DNA of 64,000 nucleotides, taken from positions 1-64,000 of the IMG/VR virus record IMGVR_UViG_3300037459_000160; one strand, 5' to 3'. The notes under the pieces are model-generated. The model worked only from the letters and a program-made list of their open reading frames with translations. It made no database searches and was not told the origin of the DNA. The stretch is from a virus. The translations under genes were made by a program, and so were the position numbers. Positions 28,653-38,448 of the stretch are shown here, piece after piece. Position 1 is the first letter of the stretch; each line of letters starts with the position of its first letter.

Positions 28653-29786
28653 ATGAATACCGAACATGCGGAAATCTTTGCGGCATCGGTGAAGCAAGCT
28701 AAAGAGCTTTTTCTGGATGCGATTGCACGCGGGATACGGGCCGAAGTTAAGGACGAAATTCCCAAATTGTTAGCGGGAATTGAGGCTTTTCAAGATCAAG
28801 ATTGGAAGGCCGAGGCAGAGAGATTCGTAGATAACAATGGCGGGTTGGATGACGTTATCTACGATGATGTTCGCCAATGGGTAACAGAAATGATTGAGGA
28901 TTTCATTTCTAAGACCTTGAGCGAATCCCTGTCAAAAAATAAAAAATTCCCGTCAAAGAATATTGAAGACAAAAAACGGCGAAAGGGCGAACCTGCCCCG
29001 GTTGCGGGAGCAACGGGAACCCCGATACGATGGGATGATTTGTGGATTACTCCACTCGGGCCGGGGGGCATCTCTGGAAAAATCTGGAATGTTCAATCTG
29101 TTGGGATTCTCGACGGTTTCACTGTGAAACTGAGAGACGATTCGCGTTTACCTAAGTTTGCGTGCCATTGCCCGGAATTTGGGGGACTAGGTTATTGTGA
29201 GCACACAAATGCCGTAAGAGGGTTGTTTGAGACAAATAAGATTGTAGTTGCTCCCTTTGATGCCCCGACTACGGTTGATGCGGCCGAGTGTGCGGCAGCC
29301 TCGGGCGAGATGGGCGAGGCAGCAAGGGCAGCCGTACCCAATGAGCGACCGGGCCCAACCGTTGAACAGGCCGCCCAAGTCTTTGAGCCATTTCAGATAC
29401 CCGAGCTAAAAACCGGCCCCAAGGCCGAGGCAGCCGTACCGCCCGCGTGCGAGGCAGGGCGAGCCCGCACGCCCGCACGAATACGCGAGCAAGCCCAAGC
29501 CCTCACGACGAATCACAAACGCCGTATTCAATGGGGCGAGCTAACCATTGAGCGAAACGGAAAGGCGTACGTTGTTACCGAAACGGGAAAAGGCCGAGGG
29601 ATGAGTAAGGATGAGGAATTTGATTTTGGTGTTATGGTCTTGGAGAAAGGCCCGGTTTGTGATTGCCAAGAGTTTAGATTTCAAGGCCAATGCCGACACG
29701 CAAAGGCTGTTGGTCAAATGCTTGAGGCGGCCAACGATGAGGGATTTGTTGGGCAAATTGGGTTTGACAAGCCGCCCGAAAGTTGA
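28653..29786 (+). CDS. Protein with two SWIM zinc fingers
   Basis: ACHCPEF...YCEH and VCDCQEF...QCRH (CxC...CxH). Confidence 0.75.
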   Translation: MNTEHAEIFAASVKQAKELFLDAIARGIRAEVKDEIPKLLAGIEAFQDQDWKAEAERFVDNNGGLDDVIYDDVRQWVTEMIEDFISKTLSESLSKNKKFPSKNIEDKKRRKGEPAPVAGATGTPIRWDDLWITPLGPGGISGKIWNVQSVGILDGFTVKLRDDSRLPKFACHCPEFGGLGYCEHTNAVRGLFETNKIVVAPFDAPTTVDAAECAAASGEMGEAARAAVPNERPGPTVEQAAQVFEPFQIPELKTGPKAEAAVPPACEAGRARTPARIREQAQALTTNHKRRIQWGELTIERNGKAYVVTETGKGRGMSKDEEFDFGVMVLEKGPVCDCQEFRFQGQCRHAKAVGQMLEAANDEGFVGQIGFDKPPES

Positions 29787-29803
29787 TAGGGTTCACGGCT
29801 CGC

Positions 29804-29853
29804 GGTGGGAGGGGTTGCGTCCGAGGCGTTACGCCCGGCAGCCCCGGCCCACC
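29804..29853 (+). ncRNA. Structured RNA motif, short copy, in the exonuclease leader
   Basis: GGTGGG/CCCACC and GGGGTTGC/GCAGCCCC stems enclosing a GGCG-TTA-CGCC hairpin. Confidence 0.55.
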
Positions 29854-29885
29854 AATTTTAACCCCTTAACCTCTTGGGTAACACG

Positions 29886-30455
29886 ATGTACGCCCTACCC
29901 GAAAAAACGTTGATCATTTTCGACACTGAGGTAACCGAGCTTGCCCTTTCTGACGCGGCCGGCACCTTTCCCGAGCTAATCGAAATCGCGGGCGTTAAGA
30001 TCGGCCCCGAGTGCGAAAATCTCGGCGAGTTTACGACTCTCGTACAGCCCCAAAATCTTGAGAGCGTAACCGAGTTTACGACCAAGATTACAGGCATCAC
30101 CCCGGCGATGCTTGAGGATGCCCCCGTGTGGGCCGACACTTGGCGTAAGTGGGCCGAGTTTACCGGGTTCAATTCTACCCGCCTAGCGGCTTGGGGAGCG
30201 GCCAGCGATCAACCTTGGCTCCGTATGGCGTATTTCCGGGCTCGGCTCGGATACCCTCACCTTGACCCGGTAATTGATGTACGTTCGATTGCGTATGGGC
30301 TCTCGGCGGTGTACGGGTTCAAAGTGCCCCGTTGGAGTTTGGCCGAGGCGTGCAAGCGTTTTGAGATTCAACAGACAACGAAACATAGAGCTTTGGCCGA
30401 TTCGCGGGCAACCGTTGAAGTGCTCAAAGCTCTTTTGCGTTTGGAGGATGCGTAA
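29886..30455 (+). CDS. DEDDh 3'-5' exonuclease (DnaQ-like)
   Basis: IFDTE, IEIAGV, D..L, HRALAD. Confidence 0.9.
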   Translation: MYALPEKTLIIFDTEVTELALSDAAGTFPELIEIAGVKIGPECENLGEFTTLVQPQNLESVTEFTTKITGITPAMLEDAPVWADTWRKWAEFTGFNSTRLAAWGAASDQPWLRMAYFRARLGYPHLDPVIDVRSIAYGLSAVYGFKVPRWSLAEACKRFEIQQTTKHRALADSRATVEVLKALLRLEDA

Positions 30456-31101
30456 ACCCTATTTTACGAGGTACCCCCCGATGGAATTTTGTGTACCTCC
30501 CGATTTTAATTCGTGGCCCAATGGAAAGCGTTTAGAGTGGCATAGAAAACGGATTGAGCGGGAAGCCGTGGCGTACGATTACTTGGAGAAAATCAAGATA
30601 ATTTCAACGAAAACCTTTGAGGAATTACAAAACCAGTTGAACGGCGTACGATCGGAACGGCGGGCAGTTGAGGCGACGTTGGCGGTTGTGGAAGCCCCGG
30701 CGTTTATTGAGTTGCAGGCGAGACTTGATGCGGGTATTAACGCGGCCAATGTTTTGATTCGGCTTCGCAAAGCCTATATCACAACTCAATTTCGCCGTAA
30801 TTCAGTTTGCGACAAGGCCGGCGAGGCGGATTACCTCAAGAGGCTCGGCGGGAAGATTGACCACGATATTAACGCGGCCGAGCAGATTGAGGGCGAAATT
30901 ATTACGTATTGCGAAAGGCATGGGATTGACCCGTTGCCATTTTTCCGCGTTGATGAGGAATTAGGCAACCATCGAATCCCCGAGGAAGGGCCGAGGAATG
31001 ACCGAGTTAAAAAACCTCAAAAATGTAATTCGGTATCCGATTGGATACGGCGAGGCTTGCGACAGGTTGACAATTCTACAAATCAAAGCAATGCGGATTG
31101 A
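30448..31101 (+). CDS. Hypothetical helical protein
   Basis: Coupled ORF of about 217 aa. Confidence 0.6.
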   Translation: MRKPYFTRYPPMEFCVPPDFNSWPNGKRLEWHRKRIEREAVAYDYLEKIKIISTKTFEELQNQLNGVRSERRAVEATLAVVEAPAFIELQARLDAGINAANVLIRLRKAYITTQFRRNSVCDKAGEADYLKRLGGKIDHDINAAEQIEGEIITYCERHGIDPLPFFRVDEELGNHRIPEEGPRNDRVKKPQKCNSVSDWIRRGLRQVDNSTNQSNAD

Positions 31102-31492
31102 AAACGAATCCGACGCATTTGTTGCCCGGCGAGAAATGGATTTACTCGGGTGTGAAGTTTCCAAGATTCTCGTTACGGCCAAAGTCGAACCCGAGTTTCA
31201 AAAGTTAACCGAACAACTGCTTGAGGTAAATGAGCGGCTTTGGGATGTTGAGGATGAGTTGCGGGCGATCGAAGCCGAGACAATTGGTCAAGGCACTAAC
31301 CGGCTTGATTGGTTGGACGATGGGCTTGAGTTTGATGATTTGCCGGATACGGATGACCGGGATAAGTTGAGGCAATTTATTAGGCTGGCCCGTTCGGTTT
31401 ACGAGTTGAATGATAGGCGGGCCCGGCTTAAAATGCAGATTGATAAGTTGCTTGGCTCGGATATGCAAGAGGTAAAAAGTTATGTCAATTGA
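30998..31492 (+). CDS. DUF6165-like protein
   Basis: GEACDRLTILQIK...VNERLWDVEDELR...FIRLARSVYELNDRRARLK...EVKSY. Confidence 0.75.
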   Translation: MTELKNLKNVIRYPIGYGEACDRLTILQIKAMRIENESDAFVARREMDLLGCEVSKILVTAKVEPEFQKLTEQLLEVNERLWDVEDELRAIEAETIGQGTNRLDWLDDGLEFDDLPDTDDRDKLRQFIRLARSVYELNDRRARLKMQIDKLLGSDMQEVKSYVN

Positions 31493-31844
31493 CCACGTAG
31501 AAAGGGCCGAACGTTTCGATTGGTTCCGAAAGAATAAGCCCGGTCGAGGCGATGTTTTACGTCCAATCTCGGGTGGCTCGGTTCCCGTATTCGTTGACGT
31601 TAAGGATTCCGAACGGCGGGTTTTGTTTTGCAAGTGCCACATTGATGAGGAATGTAAGGGTTGGTTTTTGTGCGACGATCCAAAAGCCCTTACGGTGCTA
31701 ATCATTGAGGATGAGCACGGCGGATTGATTGAAGCGAACGGCGGCAGTGATGCCGGAATTAGGGTTTCGGCTTTGCGAATCATTCGACAAAACAGGAAAG
31801 GTACGGCGTTAATTGCGGAACCTTATCATCTTGGAACGGAGTAA
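31482..31844 (+). CDS. Hypothetical protein
   Basis: Coupled ORF. Confidence 0.6.
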   Translation: MSIDHVERAERFDWFRKNKPGRGDVLRPISGGSVPVFVDVKDSERRVLFCKCHIDEECKGWFLCDDPKALTVLIIEDEHGGLIEANGGSDAGIRVSALRIIRQNRKGTALIAEPYHLGTE

Positions 31845-31849
31845 CGGAA

Positions 31850-32275
31850 ATGAGCGAGTTGTTGAATACGACTTTACAAGCCCAAATGTACTCAACGCGG
31901 GCATTTGATAAGGAATTGAGGGGCGGTTTTAGATTTACAGTGGACCCATACGATGGGGAAGGCGGACAAGAGGCCCGCGATTACCTCAAGAGCCTTGGCG
32001 TTTTCTTTTATCGCGATACGATGCACGGGCCGGGAATTCTCATTGAGCCCGATGATAGCGATGAAACCCCGATTTATGATCGGTCTGGATTTTTGGCGTA
32101 CAAGTGTTCGTGTCTGCTTGTGCTGGAAACGGCCGAGGTTGCCCGGTGGGACAAAACGAATCCGGCCAAGTTTCGTAAGGTGATGAAAAAATGGGGCGAT
32201 GATAGGGCGTGGACAATTTATAACAAACAAGTAACAATTGTTGAAGTAAGCGAGGTTCGCGTTGTTACGTCTTAA
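31850..32275 (+). CDS. Hypothetical protein
   Basis: GGAG RBS. Confidence 0.6.
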   Translation: MSELLNTTLQAQMYSTRAFDKELRGGFRFTVDPYDGEGGQEARDYLKSLGVFFYRDTMHGPGILIEPDDSDETPIYDRSGFLAYKCSCLLVLETAEVARWDKTNPAKFRKVMKKWGDDRAWTIYNKQVTIVEVSEVRVVTS

Positions 32276-32299
32276 CCTTTAATTTTTGAGGGGAACCCG

Positions 32300-32863
32300 A
32301 TGCGAGAGACCGATAAAGAGGCAGCCCAATACATGCGAAAGTATGGGCCCTTCAACCTCTCGGTAATTGCGAATCGCAATAAACACAAATGCGATTTTTG
32401 CCAAGACCAACCGAGCCGAATCATTAAGGCCGACGCAACTCTTAACCCCATGACCACGGGGCAGGAAATCAAAACCCTTTGGGTTTGCTTGTCGAATGAG
32501 TGCCCCGAGGCGTTGCTTGGGGATGAACAGGCAAAGCAAATAAGATTTTCCGCGTTGGCGAGCGGGGCGGGCGGCACTTTCGTACCCTCGCAAAACCTTG
32601 AGGAAATCCTTGCTACGGATGAGGGCGAGAGGCTCGTAAAGTTGCTTGAGGAGTATACCAAAGGCGACGAATTGCTAACATTGATGCGTCAAGCGTGGAA
32701 GTTTCACGAAAAGGGATTTGGTAAGGGTTGGCGGATCATGCCGAGTCTATTTCAGCAATACACGGAGCGGGAGAGTCTAACCACGAAGCAAATTAGTGTT
32801 GTACGGCGGTTCGTGAAAACGTGTCAAACTGAAGTAATCGGGCCGGCTCCCGATAACGACTAA
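32300..32863 (+). CDS. Zn-binding hypothetical protein
   Basis: CDFC...CLSNEC. Confidence 0.65.
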   Translation: MRETDKEAAQYMRKYGPFNLSVIANRNKHKCDFCQDQPSRIIKADATLNPMTTGQEIKTLWVCLSNECPEALLGDEQAKQIRFSALASGAGGTFVPSQNLEEILATDEGERLVKLLEEYTKGDELLTLMRQAWKFHEKGFGKGWRIMPSLFQQYTERESLTTKQISVVRRFVKTCQTEVIGPAPDND

Positions 32864-32866
32864 CCC

Positions 32867-32935
32867 CCGTTGCAACAGCCCCGAGGGTGAGGCCGCCATA
32901 TCTTTGACCCCTCGGGGCGGGGCAACGAGTTTTTT
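32867..32935 (+). terminator. Long intergenic hairpin followed by a T tract
   Basis: CGTTGC/GCAACG and GCCCCGAGGG/CCCTCGGGGC stems, then TTTTTT. Confidence 0.55.
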
Positions 32936-32952
32936 AACAAAACGGTGACCAC

Positions 32953-33282
32953 ATGAGTCAAGATAGGCATAGCACAGGAAAGTTGATTCCGATTGAGATG
33001 AATCTTGAGCGTGTCAAGCAGCTTTGTTCCAATTGGGAATATGAGTTGGATACGGAGGAAGATTGGCGAGAAGCATTGTTAGAGAACGAAGAACCGTATC
33101 GCCTCATTAACGGAAAGTGGTACAGGCTGTTTGAGTTTGATGAGTCGTTTGATACTTACTTTGAAAAAGTCAGTGTCGATGCACGCGGTACGATTACGTT
33201 CGATGCCACGTATTATGACGGCGGTTGTTGCTGGGAAGAGATAGTTGAAAGGCATTTGAAACAGTTGACTGATAGGCTCTAA
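32953..33282 (+). CDS. Hypothetical phage protein
   Basis: GKLIPI...YYDGGCCWEE. Confidence 0.65.
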   Translation: MSQDRHSTGKLIPIEMNLERVKQLCSNWEYELDTEEDWREALLENEEPYRLINGKWYRLFEFDESFDTYFEKVSVDARGTITFDATYYDGGCCWEEIVERHLKQLTDRL

Positions 33283-33302
33283 TTTTTAACGGAGTTTGAG
33301 AA

Positions 33303-33770
33303 ATGGGGAAATACAAACAATTATCCGGTAATCCGGTTGAGCTTAAGGAATTGCTCGCGAAACTCAAAGATAAGGAAGCGAAGCTTGAGGCTGATTTGGC
33401 AATTAACGATCGGCCCGAGCTTGAGAATTATATCGTTGCGGTTGTGTTGGCGATGGCTGAGGTAAAGCGGATTGATACGCTCATTACGAAATGTGAAAAG
33501 CCGAAAACACAACAAGAACGCACGCGGCTTGAGGGTTTGGTTGCTCAAATCGAATACTTTGAAACCAAGTTGGCAGCGGCCAAAATGGTACTTGCTGAAT
33601 CGGGCGGGAGAGTGGCCGAAAAGTACGTTGATCATAGGCGGCAAAGGCGGGGAGCGTTTGAGCAACTTGAGCAAGTCAAAAAGTGGGCCGAGCAAGAGTT
33701 TGGAAAAGCAAACGTAAATTTGAGCGATCTTTTGCCCTCAATTTCGGACTATTTGAAGTTGCAAGAGTGA
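33303..33770 (+). CDS. Coiled-coil hypothetical protein
   Basis: GGAG RBS, helical heptads. Confidence 0.7.
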   Translation: MGKYKQLSGNPVELKELLAKLKDKEAKLEADLAINDRPELENYIVAVVLAMAEVKRIDTLITKCEKPKTQQERTRLEGLVAQIEYFETKLAAAKMVLAESGGRVAEKYVDHRRQRRGAFEQLEQVKKWAEQEFGKANVNLSDLLPSISDYLKLQE

Positions 33771-33865
33771 GCCCGCAAGTTGATTGACTTGGCCTAAAAC
33801 CGGGTTAGAATGAAGCAACTCGATTGCACGAAACTATAACCATAACACGGGTACCCCGGAACCGA

Positions 33866-33881
33866 GTGAACCCGGTTTCAC
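33866..33881. promoter_or_regulatory. 16-bp palindromic motif copy, downstream of promoter TTGACT(33784)-TAGAAT(33806)
   Basis: GTGAACCCGGTTTCAC. Confidence 0.75.
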
Positions 33882-33914
33882 AAGGGTATTAAATTAAATA
33901 ACAGTAGAAAAAAA

Positions 33915-34199
33915 ATGGCATTTTTTGAATTAAATGATTGGCCTTGGTTGGTTGAGTTTGTCTTTGGGCTTTTCTTGTTGGGGGGCGTTACGCAAATCGT
34001 TAAAGTCATCGCGTTCGCGTGGATCGAAACGGTGAGAATTCAGTACGGTTTCGGTATTGACGCGGAGCCTAAAACCAAGGAAGATACCGAGGAAACCGTA
34101 ATTGAGGAAGTTGAGAGGCAAGAGGCCGACGAATTGGGGGGATACGCGGAACGGGTGGCGAATGACGATGAGGATTATCCCGAACACGTTGAGGAATAA
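33915..34199 (+). CDS. Membrane protein with acidic tail
   Basis: N-terminal TM, Glu/Asp-rich C-terminus. Confidence 0.6.
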   Translation: MAFFELNDWPWLVEFVFGLFLLGGVTQIVKVIAFAWIETVRIQYGFGIDAEPKTKEDTEETVIEEVERQEADELGGYAERVANDDEDYPEHVEE

Positions 34200-34237
34200 C
34201 GTAACCGGGTTTATACGCAAGGAAGGATAGAAAGAAA

Positions 34238-34492
34238 ATGTTGGTTTTATCGCGGAAAAAGAACGAAAGTGTTGTAATCGGCAACGACATTACGATTTAC
34301 GTTGTTGAAATCCGAGGCGACAAGGTGAGGCTCGGGATTGATGCCCCTAAATCGGTATCGGTGCATCGGCTGGAAGTCTACGAAGCAATACAGCGAGATG
34401 GGCAGAAAAAGAAAGCCCTCAATGTTCAAGGCATCGAGAGCGGGCGTACGCGGGCGGGTGCGGTAACAACTGATGAGGCGATGGAACGTTAA
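34238..34492 (+). CDS. csrA: Carbon storage regulator CsrA/RsmA (translational regulator)
   Basis: MLVLSRKKNESVVIGNDITIYVVEIRGDKVRLGIDAPKSVSVHRLEVY. Confidence 0.95.
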   Translation: MLVLSRKKNESVVIGNDITIYVVEIRGDKVRLGIDAPKSVSVHRLEVYEAIQRDGQKKKALNVQGIESGRTRAGAVTTDEAMER

Positions 34493-34529
34493 ACGATAAC
34501 CCCTTTTTGATCTTTTGGAGCGTTGACCC

Positions 34530-34904
34530 ATGAATGTAAAAGAGCAATTGGCAAACTTGGGAAAAGTCGAGACGAAAGCCGAGAAGAAAGCAAAAATCGC
34601 CAAAGCCAAGGCAGCCAAAGTAGCCAAAGCAGAAGCCATGAAAGCCCCGGTAGTGGCCCCCACGCTTCCTGAGAACGCGACGGCCCCGGCAGCCGACGCG
34701 AAACCGGCCGCGAAGCCCGAGGCCGTTAAATCGGCTATCGTGCAACCTTCAAAAGAAGCGGTTGAAGCGTATACGGGTCTTGAAACTCAACCTCTAAAAC
34801 CCGAGCCGCTTAACCTCGCGGCCCAAGGAAGGCATCCCGACCGGCAAAAGAATTTGGCAACCCGAGAACGCCGAGGAAATCAACACCAAAATCCGGGCGG
34901 TTGA
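34530..34904 (+). CDS. Lys/Ala/Pro-rich hypothetical protein
   Basis: KAKAAKVAKAEA low-complexity ORF, GGAG RBS. Confidence 0.65.
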   Translation: MNVKEQLANLGKVETKAEKKAKIAKAKAAKVAKAEAMKAPVVAPTLPENATAPAADAKPAAKPEAVKSAIVQPSKEAVEAYTGLETQPLKPEPLNLAAQGRHPDRQKNLATRERRGNQHQNPGG

Positions 34905-34998
34905 TTCTATGGTTGCCGTTGAATCCGGGCGGGTTTGTGATACACTAGACGAATGCACCTTTTAACCTTTTCACTTTAACGAAGTATGGAGTATGTAA

Positions 34999-35382
34999 AT
35001 GAGCGGAACAACCCAAACCATTGAACAACCCGCAAATGTTCCCGAGAACTTGGCCCTGGTTCAAGCCCCGGTAAGTGGGCTCCCTTCGCGGGATTCCGTT
35101 GAGTCACGTATTGCAAACCTTGAGCGAATTCGCGACGAAAAGTTAAAGCAGGCCGACGCGAAAGCCAAGGAATTGAAATTGAAAATTGATGCCGAGGCAC
35201 GCGAGGCCGTTAAGGCCGAGAAAAAGAAAGTCGATGAGGCCAGAAACGCCGAGAAAAAAGCGGCTCGTGGTGCTTTTAAGGCGGCCTCAAGCTCTTGGAA
35301 AAAGGTACTGAAATCCTTGGAAGCCGACGAAATTGCAGCGGCTCCCGAGGCCCCGGCAACCCCCGAAACCGTTACGCCCTAG
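34999..35382 (+). CDS. Lys/Ala-rich coiled-coil protein
   Basis: GGAG RBS. Confidence 0.7.
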   Translation: MSGTTQTIEQPANVPENLALVQAPVSGLPSRDSVESRIANLERIRDEKLKQADAKAKELKLKIDAEAREAVKAEKKKVDEARNAEKKAARGAFKAASSSWKKVLKSLEADEIAAAPEAPATPETVTP

Positions 35383-35422
35383 CGGTCTTATCCTCCAATC
35401 CGAGACCGTGCGGGCGGCTGGA

Positions 35423-35458
35423 AGCAACGGCCGGGGTACGTCCCGGCTGTTGTTTTTT
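35423..35458 (+). terminator. Intrinsic terminator
   Basis: AGCAACGGCCGGG/CCCGGCTGTTGTT stem plus T run. Confidence 0.75.
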
Positions 35459-35487
35459 ATTGGTCCCAACTCAAAAAGGATTTTATT

Positions 35488-36426
35488 ATGCCTCATGGCG
35501 ATCCGACACAAATTGCGAACATTGCGTACAAAGGTTTCGGGCTCTTTCATATTCTCGATACGCCCGAGAAAAAAGCGTTGATGAACGCCAACATTGAGAA
35601 AATGGCGGATTTGTTTGAGGCCCTCGGCATTTCGCAAAGCGGGGCCGTTTTGGTTGGGGCCGCCAGTAACGACGCCTCGGTAAACCAAGCCAAAACATTT
35701 ATCAACCACAAGGGCGAGTTGATCTTTCAAACCGACAAAAAGAACACGGGCCAAGTTGCCGGAAATTTCAACGGTGGAGGCACGGGCAACAAACCCATCG
35801 CGTTACTGCCCGGCTTTGAGGGCGTGTCAATGGCAAATTTCCCCGTGATTGGTGGAAACGTTGAGTTGCGTACGACCGATGATGCCGACGAAAAGAAACT
35901 TGGCGTTTCCTACAATGGCATTATCGACCTTGCGGGCGACGGAAACGGCCCATTTGTGGTTATGGTAATCACAAACACGCTATCGGCGGGCGGTGGGGAT
36001 GCCCCCAATGGGGAAAGTGGGGCCTCGGCGAGTATCCACGATTTCGATATTAACCAGTATTCCGATGACGGCTCGGCCCCCGGAATGAAAAACGAATTCT
36101 TCATTGTTCTCAATCTACCCGGTACGGGAACGGGCAACGCTTCCCCCGGTGGAAATCCGAGTTGGCCCGGCAACCCCATTAACCTTGATATCTTGCTTAA
36201 CGGCGGCACAATGCCCGTTACGGGTAGGACGTTTGACCCGGCGTACCCGAACGCAAAGTTGGTTGCGTGCAATACCGAAGATTTGTTGGCCGATGATGGG
36301 GGACACCCGGCCGGGCGTTTGCTCGCGGGCTTAATGGCACAAGCCGGGGATTCCGCCAATTCGTTGCGATCGGTAACGGCCCTCACCCAATTGACGCTAA
36401 ACGGTATAAGTGCCTTGCCGACTTAA
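35488..36426 (+). CDS. Gly/Asn-rich hypothetical protein (312 aa), possibly virion-associated
   Basis: AAGGA RBS; flanked by terminators. Confidence 0.7.
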   Translation: MPHGDPTQIANIAYKGFGLFHILDTPEKKALMNANIEKMADLFEALGISQSGAVLVGAASNDASVNQAKTFINHKGELIFQTDKKNTGQVAGNFNGGGTGNKPIALLPGFEGVSMANFPVIGGNVELRTTDDADEKKLGVSYNGIIDLAGDGNGPFVVMVITNTLSAGGGDAPNGESGASASIHDFDINQYSDDGSAPGMKNEFFIVLNLPGTGTGNASPGGNPSWPGNPINLDILLNGGTMPVTGRTFDPAYPNAKLVACNTEDLLADDGGHPAGRLLAGLMAQAGDSANSLRSVTALTQLTLNGISALPT

Positions 36427-36457
36427 CCGTAAAAACTCACTCACTAGGCGTTAGGAA

Positions 36458-36496
36458 GGCCGGGCCCGGTTGGTTACAATCGGGCTCGGCTTTTTT
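36458..36496 (+). terminator. Intrinsic terminator
   Basis: GGCCGGGCCCGGTTG-GTTA-CAATCGGGCTCGGCT plus TTTTT. Confidence 0.8.
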
Positions 36497-36937
36497 ACGT
36501 CCTTCTGTGGAGAAAGTGTGGACAGTCAATCCGGTTACCAAGCAGATTCGTCGTTTTACGTTTTCCCGAGTGGTGGACGACGATGGCATTTATGGGATGG
36601 CAAAGGTTGCGGCAGTAAATGCGGGGTGGCGGTTCTTAGTAACGTTGCTTGGAAGTGGGATAAAATACCGGTAATCCTCCAGTGCAAACGATGTCTAAAA
36701 ACGAGAGATGAAAAATGAGTGAATCTTATAGATTTGTACGAGCAATCGTCGATTGTGGTGACCTACGGTGGGAATATCAGATTGATGTTGACGGAGCACC
36801 ACAAGGCGGCATGGCTCACGATGAGGATGTGTCGGATTGGACTGAGGACGACATAAGGTCATGTACGCGGTCGATGTTGGATTGCCCGGATGACCAAGAG
36901 ATTGAGATCGTTTACGCATAGCGGGAGATAATAAAAA

Positions 36938-37336
36938 GTGGGCGTTTTCAATGATCCCAAAGTTTTGGACGCAAACAGGCGACTTGAGGAAAAGTTAACC
37001 GAGTGGGGCGGAAAGCTAAAACTCGGGTTTAACCAAACGGCGGCCGGTGATCCCTTACCCAATCCCGTTTCGTTGACAAACCTTTTTGCGAAGTTACAAA
37101 CCGATTTGTTGGATATGCGACGGGAACAAATCGTTTTGGGGGCAGCCGTGCGGCTAATGATTGAGGGCCTCGCGGGCAAGGATGCCGATGGAACGTTTGC
37201 AGCCGGAATGGCCGAGGCGATGGTTACCGACATTGATAGGCAACTTGCCAAACTTCAAGAATTGATTGTTGAGCAAAAGCAACAGGCGATGAAACCCAAA
37301 ATCAAGTTACCCCCCGGTTTTTCAGGTAGGAATTGA
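36938..37336 (+). CDS. Hypothetical protein
   Basis: GGGAG RBS, GTG start. Confidence 0.6.
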   Translation: MGVFNDPKVLDANRRLEEKLTEWGGKLKLGFNQTAAGDPLPNPVSLTNLFAKLQTDLLDMRREQIVLGAAVRLMIEGLAGKDADGTFAAGMAEAMVTDIDRQLAKLQELIVEQKQQAMKPKIKLPPGFSGRN

Positions 37337-37881
37337 TGAGCATTCTAATAACCGGCTCGGGCGAACTCACCCAGGAGATCGTTAAGGCTCTTGACGGCCA
37401 AGAGATTTACCGGATACATCCTAAGGCCGAGAGCCCCGAGCAACTCGCCGAGCTAGGCAAATATTGGCTCGATTATGATTTGCAAGAGCCTCAACACGTT
37501 GTTTTGGCCGTGCAAGATTTGGTAGGCGTAACCCTCTCGGCGGTGATTCATGCCGGGAGCGAACCGACCCCCGTTGACTGGCGAGCTATTAACCCGTTTG
37601 ATTTGCAACGCGAGTTTATGGCGAACGTGTTTGCCCCGTTAATGCTTACCAAATGGTTGCTCGATTTTGACATTTTGCCAACCTCGGGCCGCGTTATCTT
37701 TTTCACCGATTCCAGATTTCTTGGTAGTGGTTTTCTCGCGTATTACGCGGCTAAAGGGGCGTTAGTTAAGGCGGCCGACTGTTTTTTAAGTCAATTCCCC
37801 CGTTCGTTGTCTGTTAATTTCTTGGAGATTAGGGAACCCATTGATACGGCGGCCCAAGCCGCGACGATAGTAAAAGGATAG
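37336..37881 (+). CDS. Truncated or degenerate short-chain dehydrogenase/reductase-like protein
   Basis: ILITGSG, IHAG, NVFAP, YYAAKGAL (YxxxK). Confidence 0.6.
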   Translation: MSILITGSGELTQEIVKALDGQEIYRIHPKAESPEQLAELGKYWLDYDLQEPQHVVLAVQDLVGVTLSAVIHAGSEPTPVDWRAINPFDLQREFMANVFAPLMLTKWLLDFDILPTSGRVIFFTDSRFLGSGFLAYYAAKGALVKAADCFLSQFPRSLSVNFLEIREPIDTAAQAATIVKG

Positions 37882-38410
37882 ACCAAATGAATGATGATAA
37901 GTTGGTACAAAGAGCCGTTAAGAGTCTTCAGAATTTGCATATCAATTTTAGATATGAAAGTGGCGATGACCCGCATCCGTTAGATACTTGTCTTTGGGGT
38001 CGCGTAGCCCATATATTTGGTGTTGGCTCAACCCGAGCAATTGAGATGTGTAGACGTGCCGGCGTCGATCCTGAATACAGAGAGGAACCGGATGGCGGGT
38101 TTTGAACCGTAAAGGGGTTACAGGTGAAATTCATAGGTGTATTTCCCGCGAACCCGTTCAAAATGTTTACGGTTTCCGATAAACCTTGTGAGCAACTTGG
38201 ACCATTAGCGGCGGTGTGTTCGGTTTGGTTACATAGGCGGGGCTCTGAGATTCTAAGATGCGAAGCTGAAAACAATCGTGTTGGGGATACCCTACAAAAA
38301 GTGGATTCCTTGAATACTTGGATTAAGGCCGGTGATTATCAACCCGGCGACATTTTGGAATTTACGGGGGTAAATGAACAATCGTCTGATATTCTGTTAA
38401 TTGCATACGA

Positions 38411-38426
38411 GTGAACCCGGTTTCAC
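38411..38426. promoter_or_regulatory. 16-bp palindromic motif copy upstream of the terminase promoter
   Basis: GTGAACCCGGTTTCAC. Confidence 0.75.
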
Positions 38427-38448
38427 AAGCCGATTTCTGTTGAACGTA

